Shown here in pieces: positions 28,475 to 38,125 of a stretch of DNA of 64,000 nt. The position numbers were made by a program, and so were the translations under genes. Each line of letters starts with the position of its first letter. Position 1 is the first letter of the stretch. The DNA comes from an uncultured Verrucomicrobiae bacterium (GTDB lineage: Bacteria; Verrucomicrobiota; Verrucomicrobiia; Chthoniobacterales; JAFAMB01), in contig CAVXLD010000010.1 of NCBI GenBank assembly GCA_963762565.1, positions 384,001 through 448,000 on the forward strand, written 5' to 3'. The notes beneath the pieces are model-generated. The model was not told the origin of the DNA. It did not search any database and saw nothing but the letters and a program-made list of their open reading frames with translations.

Positions 28475-29560
28475 ATGGCGATGATTGTTGGATCAACCGG
28501 TAATCGTCTCGTGAGCAGAAGAGCGCGATGGGCGCTCTTTTCCTCCATTGTTCTGATCTCTGGTTTTACGGACTGGAATTACGCCCAGGCCGAAGAAATG
28601 TTTTCCGCCGTTGCCAAGGACGTACAAGCCATCTTTGAACATAACAAAGATGCAATCGTTAAGATTGAGTCTGAGGACAGTCACGGCGTGTTGATGGGGA
28701 CCGGCTTTTTCGTTAGCCCGACCGGGTTGATCTATACGTCATACCACGTTGCGGGTGAATCCACGGACATCGTCGCAGAATTCGGCTCCTGTCGATATCC
28801 CGCGCGCAGACTAGTTGCGGACATCAGAAGCGGCATCGCAATTCTGAAGATCAACACGGAAGCTCCTACTCCTTATATTGCCCTTGGAGATTCTGACCAA
28901 GTTGTCACCGCTAGCGGAGTGGTGATCCTAGGATTTCCATTAGATCAATCGGTCACCCCGAACTGCGGCGTTGTTGGAGGTTTAGATCAGGGGTACGAAA
29001 ATCGTCTTTTCGCGACCACGCTGATTCGGGCAAATATCGCCGCTCAGCGCGGTGAAGAAGGCGCTCCTCTTCTGGATCTAGACGGGCAGGTCGTCGGGAT
29101 CGTGGTTGGCAGTGTCGACAGCCGAACCGCCTGCTACGCGTTGCCGATTAAAGCCGCTGAGAAGGTTCGGTCGGACTACATCCGTTTCGGCGAAATACGC
29201 CAAGGCTGGGTCGGAGTTACCGCCGTGGAAGGAGAGCAAGCCGAACACGAGTCCAAGGTTGTTATTAAAGAGGTTGAAGACAACTCGCCAGCCCATATCG
29301 CGGGCATACAACCCGGCGACATTTTGCTATCGATCGGCACGGTAAAAATCCACGCACCTTCGGATATCCGGAATGCGTGTTTCTTCCTCACCGTAAACCA
29401 GACGGTTCCGGTTAGGATTTACCGAGCCGGTCAGGAGGTACAACTGGATGTGATTCCGGCCCAAGCCCAGCAACTGCCGGGGGCGGTAGTGATGCCACCG
29501 TTGGTTGCCCCTGGGTATCTCCTAAACAGCGATAGCGTCCGTTTGCGAATTGAGAATTAG
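28475..29560 (+). CDS. HtrA/S1C trypsin-fold + PDZ protein, apparently catalytically dead
   Basis: GTGFFV, TSYHV, GWVGV and SPA..AGIQPGDIL motifs; the catalytic GNSGG aligns to GEEGA. Confidence 0.85.
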   Translation: MAMIVGSTGNRLVSRRARWALFSSIVLISGFTDWNYAQAEEMFSAVAKDVQAIFEHNKDAIVKIESEDSHGVLMGTGFFVSPTGLIYTSYHVAGESTDIVAEFGSCRYPARRLVADIRSGIAILKINTEAPTPYIALGDSDQVVTASGVVILGFPLDQSVTPNCGVVGGLDQGYENRLFATTLIRANIAAQRGEEGAPLLDLDGQVVGIVVGSVDSRTACYALPIKAAEKVRSDYIRFGEIRQGWVGVTAVEGEQAEHESKVVIKEVEDNSPAHIAGIQPGDILLSIGTVKIHAPSDIRNACFFLTVNQTVPVRIYRAGQEVQLDVIPAQAQQLPGAVVMPPLVAPGYLLNSDSVRLRIEN

Positions 29561-29581
29561 GTCGGACGAGATCGCCCATAA

Positions 29582-29792
29582 TTGGTAGGGCGAGGCTCCC
29601 GAACAGCCGAAGACGGTCGCAGGGCAATTTGTGCTTCGTCGATATTTCAGACGCAATGTCTAAGAACTGCCGAGCCGCGGGTGGCGCGACCCTCGGCTCG
29701 GCAGCTTTTAGGTGTTGTTGGCCCGTGTATTGCCGAAGCGTTTATTTCCCTCCGCGACAACCAAAGGCTACTCCGGAGCCTCGCCCTACCAA
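29582..29792. repeat. REP-like doublet, family R1
   Basis: TTGGTAGGGCGAGGCTCC ... GGAGCCTCGCCCTACCAA perfect inverted arms; inner IR CTGCCGAGCCG/CGGCTCGGCAG. Confidence 0.9.
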
Positions 29793-29941
29793 AGTTGGCC
29801 TTCTCCTGCCTCGCCACAAATTCCACTTGTCAACACGGCGATTCTGAGGCAAAAGCTTTCCCCCATATACGGTTCCGTCTCTGGGTAAGGCCTTTTTACT
29901 GGCTTTCTCGACGTTGGCACTTAAGGTTTGCAACCCACGGC

Positions 29942-30226
29942 ATGTCTAAAATTGAGCAGAAAACGGATCTCTCTTTTGAGGCGGCCATGGAAAGACTAGA
30001 ACAAATCGTCAGCCAGATGGAATCGTCCAAGCTGCCCCTGGCAGAACTGCTGCTGCGATATGAGGAGGGCACTAAGCTCATTGCCGTTTGCAACGAGCAT
30101 TTGGGAGCAGCGGAAAACCGCATCGAAACCTTGAGCCGAAGTTTATCCAGCAAAGCTCAGGGCCAGGCCCCGGAAAGGCAGAAGGATCAACCTACCAACT
30201 CAACGAATGAAACCAGCCTCTTTTGA
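29942..30226 (+). CDS. xseB: Exodeoxyribonuclease VII small subunit
   Basis: SFEAAMERLEQIV..ME...LPL......YEEG.KL...C...L..AE pattern. Confidence 0.92.
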   Translation: MSKIEQKTDLSFEAAMERLEQIVSQMESSKLPLAELLLRYEEGTKLIAVCNEHLGAAENRIETLSRSLSSKAQGQAPERQKDQPTNSTNETSLF

Positions 30227-32132
30227 CCCAAATCCACGTAAACTGCTGAGCCAAATCGATTCGCCAGCGGACCTCAAGAGATTACAAGAAGACGAGCTGC
30301 CCTTCCTGGCTCACGAAATTCGGGACGAACTGATTTCTGTTTTATCTCAGACAGGCGGTCACCTGGGCCCAAACCTGGGCGTCGTTGAACTCACGATCGC
30401 ATTGCATCGAGTCTTCAACACTCCCGAAGACAAGATCCTCTTTGACGTCAGCCACCAGGGGTACGTCCATAAGCTGTTGACTGGACGTCGTGATCGCTTT
30501 TCGACGATCCGCCAATACCAAGGCCTGAACGGTTTTCTTCTCCGAACGGAAAGCGAACACGATTGTTACGGGGCAGGCCATGCCGGTACCGCATTATCCG
30601 CCGGCCTCGGTATGGCTGTCGCTCGCGACCGGCGCGGCAGCAAGGAGAACGTGGTGGTTGTGGCCGGTGACGCCGCTTTCACGTGCGGCACTAGTTATGA
30701 AGCGCTTAATAACGTTTCAGATCACACCAAACGGTTCATCGTTATTCTCAACGATAACGAATGGTCGATCGCGAAGAATGTCGGCGCTATCGCCAACTAT
30801 TTTAATCGGATCCAAACCAGCGACGCTTACAGCCATCTCCATTACAAAGCCGCCAAATTTGTGGAAATGATCGGCGGCAAGTTCGCTCAAAAACTCGCGG
30901 CCAAAGTCGAGGAAGGTGTAAAACATCTCTTGTTGCCAAGCGTTATCTTCGAAGAACTCGGTTTGCGCTACTATGGCCCAATCGACGGCCACGATATTCC
31001 GCTGTTGACCCGGACTTTTGAGTTCTTGAAACGGCAACAGGAACCGGTGCTTCTGCATATCATCACCCAAAAAGGTAGAGGTTATGCGCCCGCTCTCGAA
31101 AAGCCGGACAAGTTCCATGGCTTAGGTAAGTTCAAGAAGGACAGCGGAGAGACGGCTAAAGGCAGCACGCCGACTTACTCGGAAATCCTCGGTCAAACGC
31201 TGGCAAAGTTCGCCGACAATAACAAGAAGATCACAGCCATCACTGCGGCGATGCCATCCGGGACCGGTCTGGCCCATTTTGCGGCAAAACATCCAGATCA
31301 GTATTTCGATGTCGGTATCGCGGAAGAACACGCTGCTCTCTTTGCTTGCGGTATGGCAACACAGGGATTCAAACCGTTCCTGACGATTTACTCTACCTTC
31401 ATGCAGCGCGCTTATGACATGGTGATCCACGACATCGCCCTGCAAAATCTCAATGTCGCGATATGTATGGATCGGGCTGGCCTTTCTGGTGACGACGGGC
31501 CGACTCATCACGGCCTATTCGATATCGGTTATCTGCGCCACATACCCAACATGGTTCATATGCAGCCGAAGGATGAGGAAGAATTCGCTGATATGCTCTG
31601 GACGATGGCCAACTATCATCAAGGTCCCATCGCGATTCGTTATCCTCGCGGAGCCGGTACCGGAGCCGTACCGAAAGCCCAACCGAAGCTGCTCGAAATA
31701 GGGAAAGCCGAAGTTGTGCGACACGGTCAAGAAGTAGCGCTGCTAGGCTTAGGCAACATGTTCAGCTTAGCGGAAGAGGTCGCAAAACAACTGGAAGCAG
31801 AAGGTGTTTCTGTTGCTCTAATCAACCCGCGTTGGATCAAACCGTTGGATACCGGCACAATCGAATTTTTCGCGCGACGAGTAGACGTGATGTGCACCTT
31901 CGAGGATCATGTGCTTCACAATGGTTTCGGGAGTGCGGTCATCGAACACTTGTCGGAGAGCCAGATCACGACCCCAGTGGTGCGTATCGGTTGGCCAGAC
32001 CAATTTGTGGAACATGGCTCGATCAATATCTTGCGAGAGAAGCACGGCATAACTGCGGCTGCCGCCTTGGAGAAAATTCGTCCTTTTATCAAGAAGCAGC
32101 TGGGAACGAAACAGGGCCGTCCGGCAGCCTAA
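30207..32132 (+). CDS. dxs: 1-deoxy-D-xylulose-5-phosphate synthase
   Basis: GGHLGPNLG, DVSHQGY.HKLLTGR, GPIDGHD, ITAAMPSGTGL, DVGIAEEHA and DGPTHHG motifs. Confidence 0.98.
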   Translation: MKPASFDPNPRKLLSQIDSPADLKRLQEDELPFLAHEIRDELISVLSQTGGHLGPNLGVVELTIALHRVFNTPEDKILFDVSHQGYVHKLLTGRRDRFSTIRQYQGLNGFLLRTESEHDCYGAGHAGTALSAGLGMAVARDRRGSKENVVVVAGDAAFTCGTSYEALNNVSDHTKRFIVILNDNEWSIAKNVGAIANYFNRIQTSDAYSHLHYKAAKFVEMIGGKFAQKLAAKVEEGVKHLLLPSVIFEELGLRYYGPIDGHDIPLLTRTFEFLKRQQEPVLLHIITQKGRGYAPALEKPDKFHGLGKFKKDSGETAKGSTPTYSEILGQTLAKFADNNKKITAITAAMPSGTGLAHFAAKHPDQYFDVGIAEEHAALFACGMATQGFKPFLTIYSTFMQRAYDMVIHDIALQNLNVAICMDRAGLSGDDGPTHHGLFDIGYLRHIPNMVHMQPKDEEEFADMLWTMANYHQGPIAIRYPRGAGTGAVPKAQPKLLEIGKAEVVRHGQEVALLGLGNMFSLAEEVAKQLEAEGVSVALINPRWIKPLDTGTIEFFARRVDVMCTFEDHVLHNGFGSAVIEHLSESQITTPVVRIGWPDQFVEHGSINILREKHGITAAAALEKIRPFIKKQLGTKQGRPAA

Positions 32133-32134
32133 AG

Positions 32135-32459
32135 AAGGAGTTAGGAGCTAGAATCTAGGAGCTAGGAGAAGCGTGGCGGCTCGGTGACAGTCGTTCTCGT
32201 CCTTCGTCGTTCCGACTTCGCTCGGTGATGGAGCTTACAACCTACAAACCAAAAGCCTCGTCGGACAGGCTGTCCTCGTGCTCGAAACGCAAATTCTTCC
32301 CAAGATTGCGTAAGACCTGGGATTTTCGATTGCTGCCAGAGACTAGCTCAGGAGACTCATGCTGCGCGGCGAGCTAACAATCCACTTTCGAGAACGACGA
32401 CGAGGACGAGAACGATTACGAAGGAGCCGCGGCACGCTCCTCCTAGATCCTAGCTCCTT
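32135..32459. repeat. Nested fold-back element, family C, copy 1
   Basis: Outer GGAGCTAGAATCTAGGAGCTAGG / CCTAGATCCTAGCTCC arms; inner GTCGTTCTCGTCC / GGACGAGAACGA arms. Confidence 0.88.
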
Positions 32460-32479
32460 TTAAGGCTAACGTTCACCAG

Positions 32480-33499
32480 ATGGCGCCCACGATTGTCGCG
32501 AAGGACCTTTCGAAGTTCTATCGCACCTATAAGAAGCGCTCCGGTTTAGTCGGAGCGCTGCAAGGCTTGGTTCGCCGGGACTTCGAGGAAACTCGTGCGG
32601 TCGATCGAGTTTCGTTCTCGATCGAACAAGGGGAATTCGTTGGATTCCTGGGGCCAAATGGAGCCGGAAAGACCACGGTTCTAAAAATGTTGTCGGGCTT
32701 GCTGGTCCCGACTTCCGGCTCCGCATCGGTGCTGGGGTTCAAGCCTTGGGAACGAAAACCGGAGTTTAAACGGCAATTCAGCCTGGTGCTGGGACAGAAA
32801 AACTCGCTCTGGTGGGATTTGCCGGCTCGGGAATCACTGGAGTTAAACCGGGCTATCTATCAGATCCCGCGGGCGACTTATGAGAACACCGTTGGTGAAT
32901 TGGTCGAGCTCCTCGATGTGCGTGACAAACTGAACGTGATGGTGCGCGAGCTCAGTCTCGGAGAACGGATGAAAATGGAATTGATCTCCGCCTTCCTGCA
33001 TCAGCCAAAGATCCTTTTCCTGGATGAACCCACGATTGGTCTGGATGTAGTCAGCCAAAAGAACGTCCGCGAATTCTTACGCCACCATAGCGCCCAGAGA
33101 AAGACATCGACGATTTTGACCAGCCACTACATGCAGGACATTGCAGAGCTCTGTCAACGAGTCCTCATTATCGACCATGGACGCGTCTTTTTTGATGGCG
33201 AACTGTCGGAGATCATCGAGCAGTTTTCGGGGCACAAATTTCTGCAATTCACTTTTCGCGTCGCCACCCCTTACCAACCGACCTGGGGCGAGATCGTAAG
33301 TAAATCGGGAATGTCCATTACTCTGAAAGTCCCTCGGGAAAAAGTGACGGAGATCTGCCAAGACATTCTAGCGACGGGTAACGTTCAGGATTTCAGCGTC
33401 GAGGAGGAACCGATCGAGGACATTATCCGCGAGATCTTTGAGCGACAGCACGAGAGAACAAAGGAGCTGAGAACAAAGGAGCTAGAAGCTAGAATCTAG
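32480..33499 (+). CDS. ABC-2-type transporter ATP-binding protein
   Basis: GPNGAGKTT, LSLGERMK, LFLDEPTIGLD and TSHYM motifs. Confidence 0.93.
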   Translation: MAPTIVAKDLSKFYRTYKKRSGLVGALQGLVRRDFEETRAVDRVSFSIEQGEFVGFLGPNGAGKTTVLKMLSGLLVPTSGSASVLGFKPWERKPEFKRQFSLVLGQKNSLWWDLPARESLELNRAIYQIPRATYENTVGELVELLDVRDKLNVMVRELSLGERMKMELISAFLHQPKILFLDEPTIGLDVVSQKNVREFLRHHSAQRKTSTILTSHYMQDIAELCQRVLIIDHGRVFFDGELSEIIEQFSGHKFLQFTFRVATPYQPTWGEIVSKSGMSITLKVPREKVTEICQDILATGNVQDFSVEEEPIEDIIREIFERQHERTKELRTKELEARI

Positions 33500-33699
33500 G
33501 AGCTAGGCGCTTCGCGACAGTCGTTCTCGTCCTCGTCGTCGATTGGGGGCGACGAAACGCATGCGCGGCTCCCCTCCGGACGTTGGATCGGTGCGGGCCA
33601 ATTCAGCTTACAAACTTTCGAGGACGAGGACGAGAACGATTAAGATAGAGCCTCGACACGCCTCCACTAGCTCCCAGATTCTAGCTCCTAGCTCCTTTT
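33475..33699. repeat. Nested fold-back element, family C, copy 2
   Basis: Same outer and inner arms as copy 1; overlaps the stop codons of both flanking convergent genes. Confidence 0.9.
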
Positions 33700-34368
33700 A
33701 TTGATCTGCCTGATGATCAACGTCGCGGCACAAGCCGCGCCGTACCCATTATCGATATTCACAACCGTGATTCCGCTCGAACAGCTGTTCAACATTGTGA
33801 GAAGAGCCGATAGACCTGACATATTGAGACCGTAACCGACGCTGGTAGGCACCGCGATAACCGGACAGGACAAAAGCCCCGATATAACGCTAGGCAAAGC
33901 GCCTTCCATCCCTGCCACCACAATTACTACGTCACAGCTAGCCACCTCATGAGCAGCTCGGATGGTTCGTTGCAGCCCGGCTACCCCCGCGTCATTGACG
34001 ATCTTGGCTTCGACCCCTACCAAACCCAGCGTTACAGCTGCTTCTTCCAGTACCGGCAAATCTGCGGTTCCTGCCCCTACGAGCCCGACAGTTCCAGCTA
34101 ACTTAGGGAGCGCATTCCGTTCGATGGTCAGACATTGCGAACGCTCGTGATAGAGCGCTTCCGGATGAGCTAAAATCACTGCCTCGGCCTTTATTTTGGA
34201 AACTCGGGTTGCCAACGCGACGCCATTGCGATCGGCTAGAACACGCAGGATGGCGATTAGCTCTTGCGCCGTTTTCGGTTCTCCATAAATAGCTTCGGGC
34301 AAACCACGCCGGCCCAACCGTGCTACGTCGATCTTGGCGAATTCCAAATCGACCGTGTCTTCGTGCAT
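33688..34368 (-). CDS. larB: Nickel-pincer cofactor biosynthesis protein LarB (PurE-like)
   Basis: R..RRGLPEAIYGE.KT, AGTADLPV.EEA, GVAGL, AGMEGALPSV, IAVPTSVGYG, MLNSCSSG and VNIDNGYGA motifs. Confidence 0.92.
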   Translation of the reverse strand: MHEDTVDLEFAKIDVARLGRRGLPEAIYGEPKTAQELIAILRVLADRNGVALATRVSKIKAEAVILAHPEALYHERSQCLTIERNALPKLAGTVGLVGAGTADLPVLEEAAVTLGLVGVEAKIVNDAGVAGLQRTIRAAHEVASCDVVIVVAGMEGALPSVISGLLSCPVIAVPTSVGYGLNMSGLSALLTMLNSCSSGITVVNIDNGYGAACAATLIIRQINKRS

Positions 34369-34384
34369 ATAAATAAAGGGAGCG

Positions 34385-34537
34385 AGGAGCTAGAATCTAG
34401 GAGCTAGGAGAGCCTCTCGTGGCTCTATCATAATCGTTCTCGTCCTCGGTCGTCGTCCTTGTTCTCGAAAGTAGGGTGTTGGCTCGCCGAGCTGCAGCGC
34501 GCTCTCCTAACTCCTGGATTCTAGCTCCTGGCTCCTT
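34385..34537. repeat. Fold-back element, family C, copy 3 (core reversed and shortened)
   Basis: GGAGCTAGAATCTAGGAGCTAGG left arm and GATTCTAGCTCC right arm; the core is the reverse complement of the right halves of copies 1 and 2. Confidence 0.85.
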
Positions 34538-35024
34538 CCTGGGGTTGCGCGTGGGCCGCTGCCGAAGTACCGAGCCACAAACGCATCGGAACCATCGCTG
34601 AGCGTTGGAAGCCATATTTTTCAAAAAACGCGAGCGACTCCTCGCTGGCTCGCTCGGTCAGCAAAGTGATCCGCAGAAAATCTTTCTGTTTGGCGTATTC
34701 GATCGCATACTTGAGCAGCTCGGCACCAAACCCTTGCCGGCGAAAATCCTTGTGAATGATCAGGTCCTCCAGAAGAATGACGAATCCGCCCTCTGCCGTG
34801 CTGATCGTGAAAAGCAGATTGATCATTCCGATGATTTGGGTCGCGCTACGCAACACCAAAATACGGCCACGGCTCGGCTGTTCCAAAATCAGGCGCAAAC
34901 CGCGGATTTGTGAATTGTAATCCGGCCTGAAATCCGATTCCTGCGCGAACAGGTCCATCAATAGCTCCGCTAGCAATGGCAGATCTTCCATTGTGGCAGG
35001 TTCAATACGGGTCAGACCGAGCAT
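34521..35024 (-). CDS. GNAT family N-acetyltransferase
   Basis: LEDLII...RRQGFG..LL acetyl-CoA motif and FFEKYGF. Confidence 0.9.
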   Translation of the reverse strand: MLGLTRIEPATMEDLPLLAELLMDLFAQESDFRPDYNSQIRGLRLILEQPSRGRILVLRSATQIIGMINLLFTISTAEGGFVILLEDLIIHKDFRRQGFGAELLKYAIEYAKQKDFLRITLLTERASEESLAFFEKYGFQRSAMVPMRLWLGTSAAAHAQPQEGARS

Positions 35025-35052
35025 CGCGCCCGTAAGATGCCAAAGGGAAGAG

Positions 35053-35192
35053 AGGAGTTCAAGGAGTTGCAGGAGTTCAGGAGTTCAGGAGCCTGCTATC
35101 GTTGCTGTAGGGTTGCTCCCAGATTCTCAGATAAAGCTTTATCCGTGCAATTCCGTGGTTCCGCCAAGCCTGAACTCCTGAACTCCTGAACT
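35053..35192. repeat. Fold-back element with (GGAGTTCA)n and (TGAACTCC)n arms
   Basis: Left arm 35053-35091, right arm 35169-35192; related units also at 24801-24820. Confidence 0.85.
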
Positions 35193-35341
35193 GGCACCAA
35201 GCGATAGCCGATGATATGCTGCGATCCGTCAATTAATACGGCAATTTCGGCCTGAGCCCTTGGGTGGCGATGCCGTTTGCTGCCGATTTTTTGCAACTCG
35301 ATTAACAATTTCTCGTATTTCCCTGTGGAAATGCGGCGCCT

Positions 35342-37201
35342 ATGAATTCCGAGAATCCGGCTTTCGATCCGACTCGGCTTCTGTTGGCGCTCCGCCGCAG
35401 CGAGCTCTTCGCTTCGCTTTCCGCTGAGGCAATGGCCGCCCTCGAAGCTCAGCTAACGCCGGTCACCCTGATGAGTGGCGAAGTCCTGTTCAAGGAAGGC
35501 GAGCCGAGTGATAGCCTGTACATTGTCATTAGCGGGCGTTTACGAGTTGTTTCCCGCGCGGCGGAGGACCAATCCGAGCGGCTTGTGGCGGACCTTGGGC
35601 ATGGCGAAATCGTCGGCGAGATGGGTCTGGTGTGCGGAGAACCACGCTCGGCAACCGTTGTAGCGATAAGAGACACGAACCTCGCTAAACTCACCGAAGA
35701 ACGCTTTAATCAACTCGAGCCAAGTTGTGTTCAACCCATCTACTCGGCGATCATTCGTCAACTCGCTTCCCGACTTAGAAACGAAACTGCCGGCATTCGA
35801 ATCCGGAAGCCGACGGCCCGTTGTGTGGCGATTGTCGGGCTGTCGAACGATGTTTCGATAAGAACTTTCACGGACTCTTTGACCAACGAGCTAGCCGAGG
35901 AAGGAGCCGTCCTAAGGTTAAATAGCGAGCGAGCAGACAGCCTGTTCGGGGTGCCAGGCGCAGCCCAATCAATGGGTGGAGACGGCACTCCAGCTCGCTT
36001 CGTCGACTGGCTCAATGAAAAGGAAACTCGCTATTCTAAGGTATTATACGAGGCCGACGCATTGAATTCCGCATGGACGGCGCGCTGCCTTCGCCAAGCG
36101 GACCAAATTTTGGTGATCGTTCGCGCCGGCGACGACTATGTGGAGGCCGGTTCCCGAGCGGCAGGTCTTTGGGGAACTGGAGACGCATCTAATAAGCCCA
36201 GGATTCTAGTGATTCTCCACCACGACGGCAATACCCCGCCAACCGGAACTCGTGAGTGGATCCTGCGAATCCCCGCAGTGCGCCACTTCCATGTCCGGAT
36301 GAATAACGAACGGGATTTCGCGCGTTTGGCTCGTTTTCTGAATGATCGATCAGTCGGCTTAGCTCTAGGCGGCGGTTTCGCCCGCGGCATCGGGCACATC
36401 GGCGTGATACGCGCGCTGCACGAGCTCGATATTCCCATCGACATAGTTGGCGGCACCAGCATGGGCGCGATCATCGCAGCAGAGTGCGCCTTTGAATGGG
36501 ATCTCCAAAAAATGCTGGAACTCACCTGTAAGAACTCCGCTAAGTCGGTGCGCCACGACTATACCATCCCGGTAGTCTCTTTTATGACCGGACGAAAAGT
36601 CTCCCAAGCCCTCACTGCTTTCGGCGCAAACAAGGATATCGAAGACATGTGGCTGCCATACTTTTGTGTGTCAGCCAATCTCACTCGCGCGGAAGGGAAA
36701 GTGCACTTGTCAGGGGACGTCTCGCGGAGCGTAATTGCCAGCAGCCGGGCGCCGGGAGTTTTCCCGCCAGTGACCTGGGACAATGAACTCCTGTACGACG
36801 GAGGTCTCGTCGATATAGTCCCATTTGACGTGGCTCGAGATTTAGTCGGTCAGGGCACGGTGATTTCAGTTGCTGCCTCGCCTCCGGTCGAGTACCGGAA
36901 TGTCGATTTTGGTTTGTCGTTCTCGGGCTGGGAAGGTCTTCGCCGGCAGCTCTTTTCCAAGAAGGAACGGCTTCCAGGCTTACTTGATTTGCTGATGAGG
37001 ACGCTCGACTTCGGGCGCACACCGGCCGCTCGGTTGCGGCACTTGGCTGACGCTTATCTTACTCTTCCACTGGGCAATTTCACGTACGGCGACTTTCGTC
37101 GCGGATCTGAAATCGCCGAGGTCGGGTATCGTTTTGCAATCGACTATTTCGGGGGGTGGCTCGAATCAAACGGCCGTCCATGGCTACGATCGGATTCGTG
37201 A
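35342..37201 (+). CDS. Cyclic-nucleotide-binding patatin-like phospholipase (NTE/RssA-like)
   Basis: cNMP domain (GE.VGEMGL...PRSATV.A), GGGFARG, GTSMG and DGG motifs. Confidence 0.92.
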   Translation: MNSENPAFDPTRLLLALRRSELFASLSAEAMAALEAQLTPVTLMSGEVLFKEGEPSDSLYIVISGRLRVVSRAAEDQSERLVADLGHGEIVGEMGLVCGEPRSATVVAIRDTNLAKLTEERFNQLEPSCVQPIYSAIIRQLASRLRNETAGIRIRKPTARCVAIVGLSNDVSIRTFTDSLTNELAEEGAVLRLNSERADSLFGVPGAAQSMGGDGTPARFVDWLNEKETRYSKVLYEADALNSAWTARCLRQADQILVIVRAGDDYVEAGSRAAGLWGTGDASNKPRILVILHHDGNTPPTGTREWILRIPAVRHFHVRMNNERDFARLARFLNDRSVGLALGGGFARGIGHIGVIRALHELDIPIDIVGGTSMGAIIAAECAFEWDLQKMLELTCKNSAKSVRHDYTIPVVSFMTGRKVSQALTAFGANKDIEDMWLPYFCVSANLTRAEGKVHLSGDVSRSVIASSRAPGVFPPVTWDNELLYDGGLVDIVPFDVARDLVGQGTVISVAASPPVEYRNVDFGLSFSGWEGLRRQLFSKKERLPGLLDLLMRTLDFGRTPAARLRHLADAYLTLPLGNFTYGDFRRGSEIAEVGYRFAIDYFGGWLESNGRPWLRSDS

Positions 37202-37224
37202 GCACTTCGTTCTCATCCTCGTCT

Positions 37225-37436
37225 TTGGTGGGGCGAGGCTCCCGAATAGCCCGCCGGATGACCAAGGTGCAACGCACAAACGCCGTGATGAATGAGCAAG
37301 GCCGAAAAGACGCGCCGAGCCGTGGCCCACGATAGACCACGGCTCGGCGCGATTTAGGGCCTAACAAATGATGGGGATCGGCGTTTCCAACCGCTTCGGT
37401 CAATCGCTGGGCTCTTCGGGAGCCTCGCCCCACCAA
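37225..37436. repeat. REP-like doublet, family R1 (GTGG variant)
   Basis: Perfect 22-bp IR TTGGTGGGGCGAGGCTCCCGAA / TTCGGGAGCCTCGCCCCACCAA, flanked by family-C-like fragments. Confidence 0.9.
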
Positions 37437-37500
37437 CTCGAGAACTAGGCACATCGTTCCGACATCAAACCGAGGGCCGAGAGACTTTCGGCCAACGAGG

Positions 37501-38121
37501 CTAGTCTCTCTCGCCACTTCGCGGCAAAGCTCGCACCAGCGCTTCCAACCGGTCTGCAAGCTTGCCCGTCAGTCGCAACATTCGAGCCGCGAAAACCGTG
37601 GCATCACCCAGATCTTTTAACCCTGAGAATTTTCGCTTAGAAAATATCGCGGGGATTGCCTCATCGATGGCATCGGAGATCATCCGAGCCGTAACCAATG
37701 GTATCCCCTTGCGGCGGCACAGGCTCGCGATTGCTTCCGACTCCATATCGACTGCCACCGCGCCCTGCGAACGGTTCAATGACCATTTGGCCGAAGCCGA
37801 AGCGACTTGCTGCACTTGGAAAAAGGGACCGGCAGCATCGAAGATTTTCTGCCGGCTCAGAAACTCTGCAATATCAGCATCCGTGTAGTTGGTGGATAAA
37901 ACAAAATCGCCTGGCTCCAATAAGGAGCGAGTTGCACCGGCGAAACCCGAACTAATGACCATTCGCGGTTTGGTCAGCTCGACTGACCGCTGAAGCTCCG
38001 CGATACGGCCGGCGCCAATCCCAACAAAGCTAAGCGAAACTTCCTGCCCTCCAAAAACTCCTCGAACCCGGCGTCTGACGACTCGGGCCTCTTCTGGCAA
38101 GGCAAAAACCAGCTTCAGCAT
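37501..38121 (-). CDS. Nucleoside phosphorylase-family (PNP_UDP_1, HpnG-like) protein
   Basis: FALPEEA, VGIG, SSGFAGA, AVDMES and RMISDA motifs. Confidence 0.8.
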   Translation of the reverse strand: MLKLVFALPEEARVVRRRVRGVFGGQEVSLSFVGIGAGRIAELQRSVELTKPRMVISSGFAGATRSLLEPGDFVLSTNYTDADIAEFLSRQKIFDAAGPFFQVQQVASASAKWSLNRSQGAVAVDMESEAIASLCRRKGIPLVTARMISDAIDEAIPAIFSKRKFSGLKDLGDATVFAARMLRLTGKLADRLEALVRALPRSGERD

Positions 38122-38125
38122 ACGT

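Noticed and set aside
32135..35192. Integron-like cassette array with attC sites
   Set aside because: Genes face both ways, there are no clear RYYYAAC/GTTRRRY cores at element ends, and no integrase is present.
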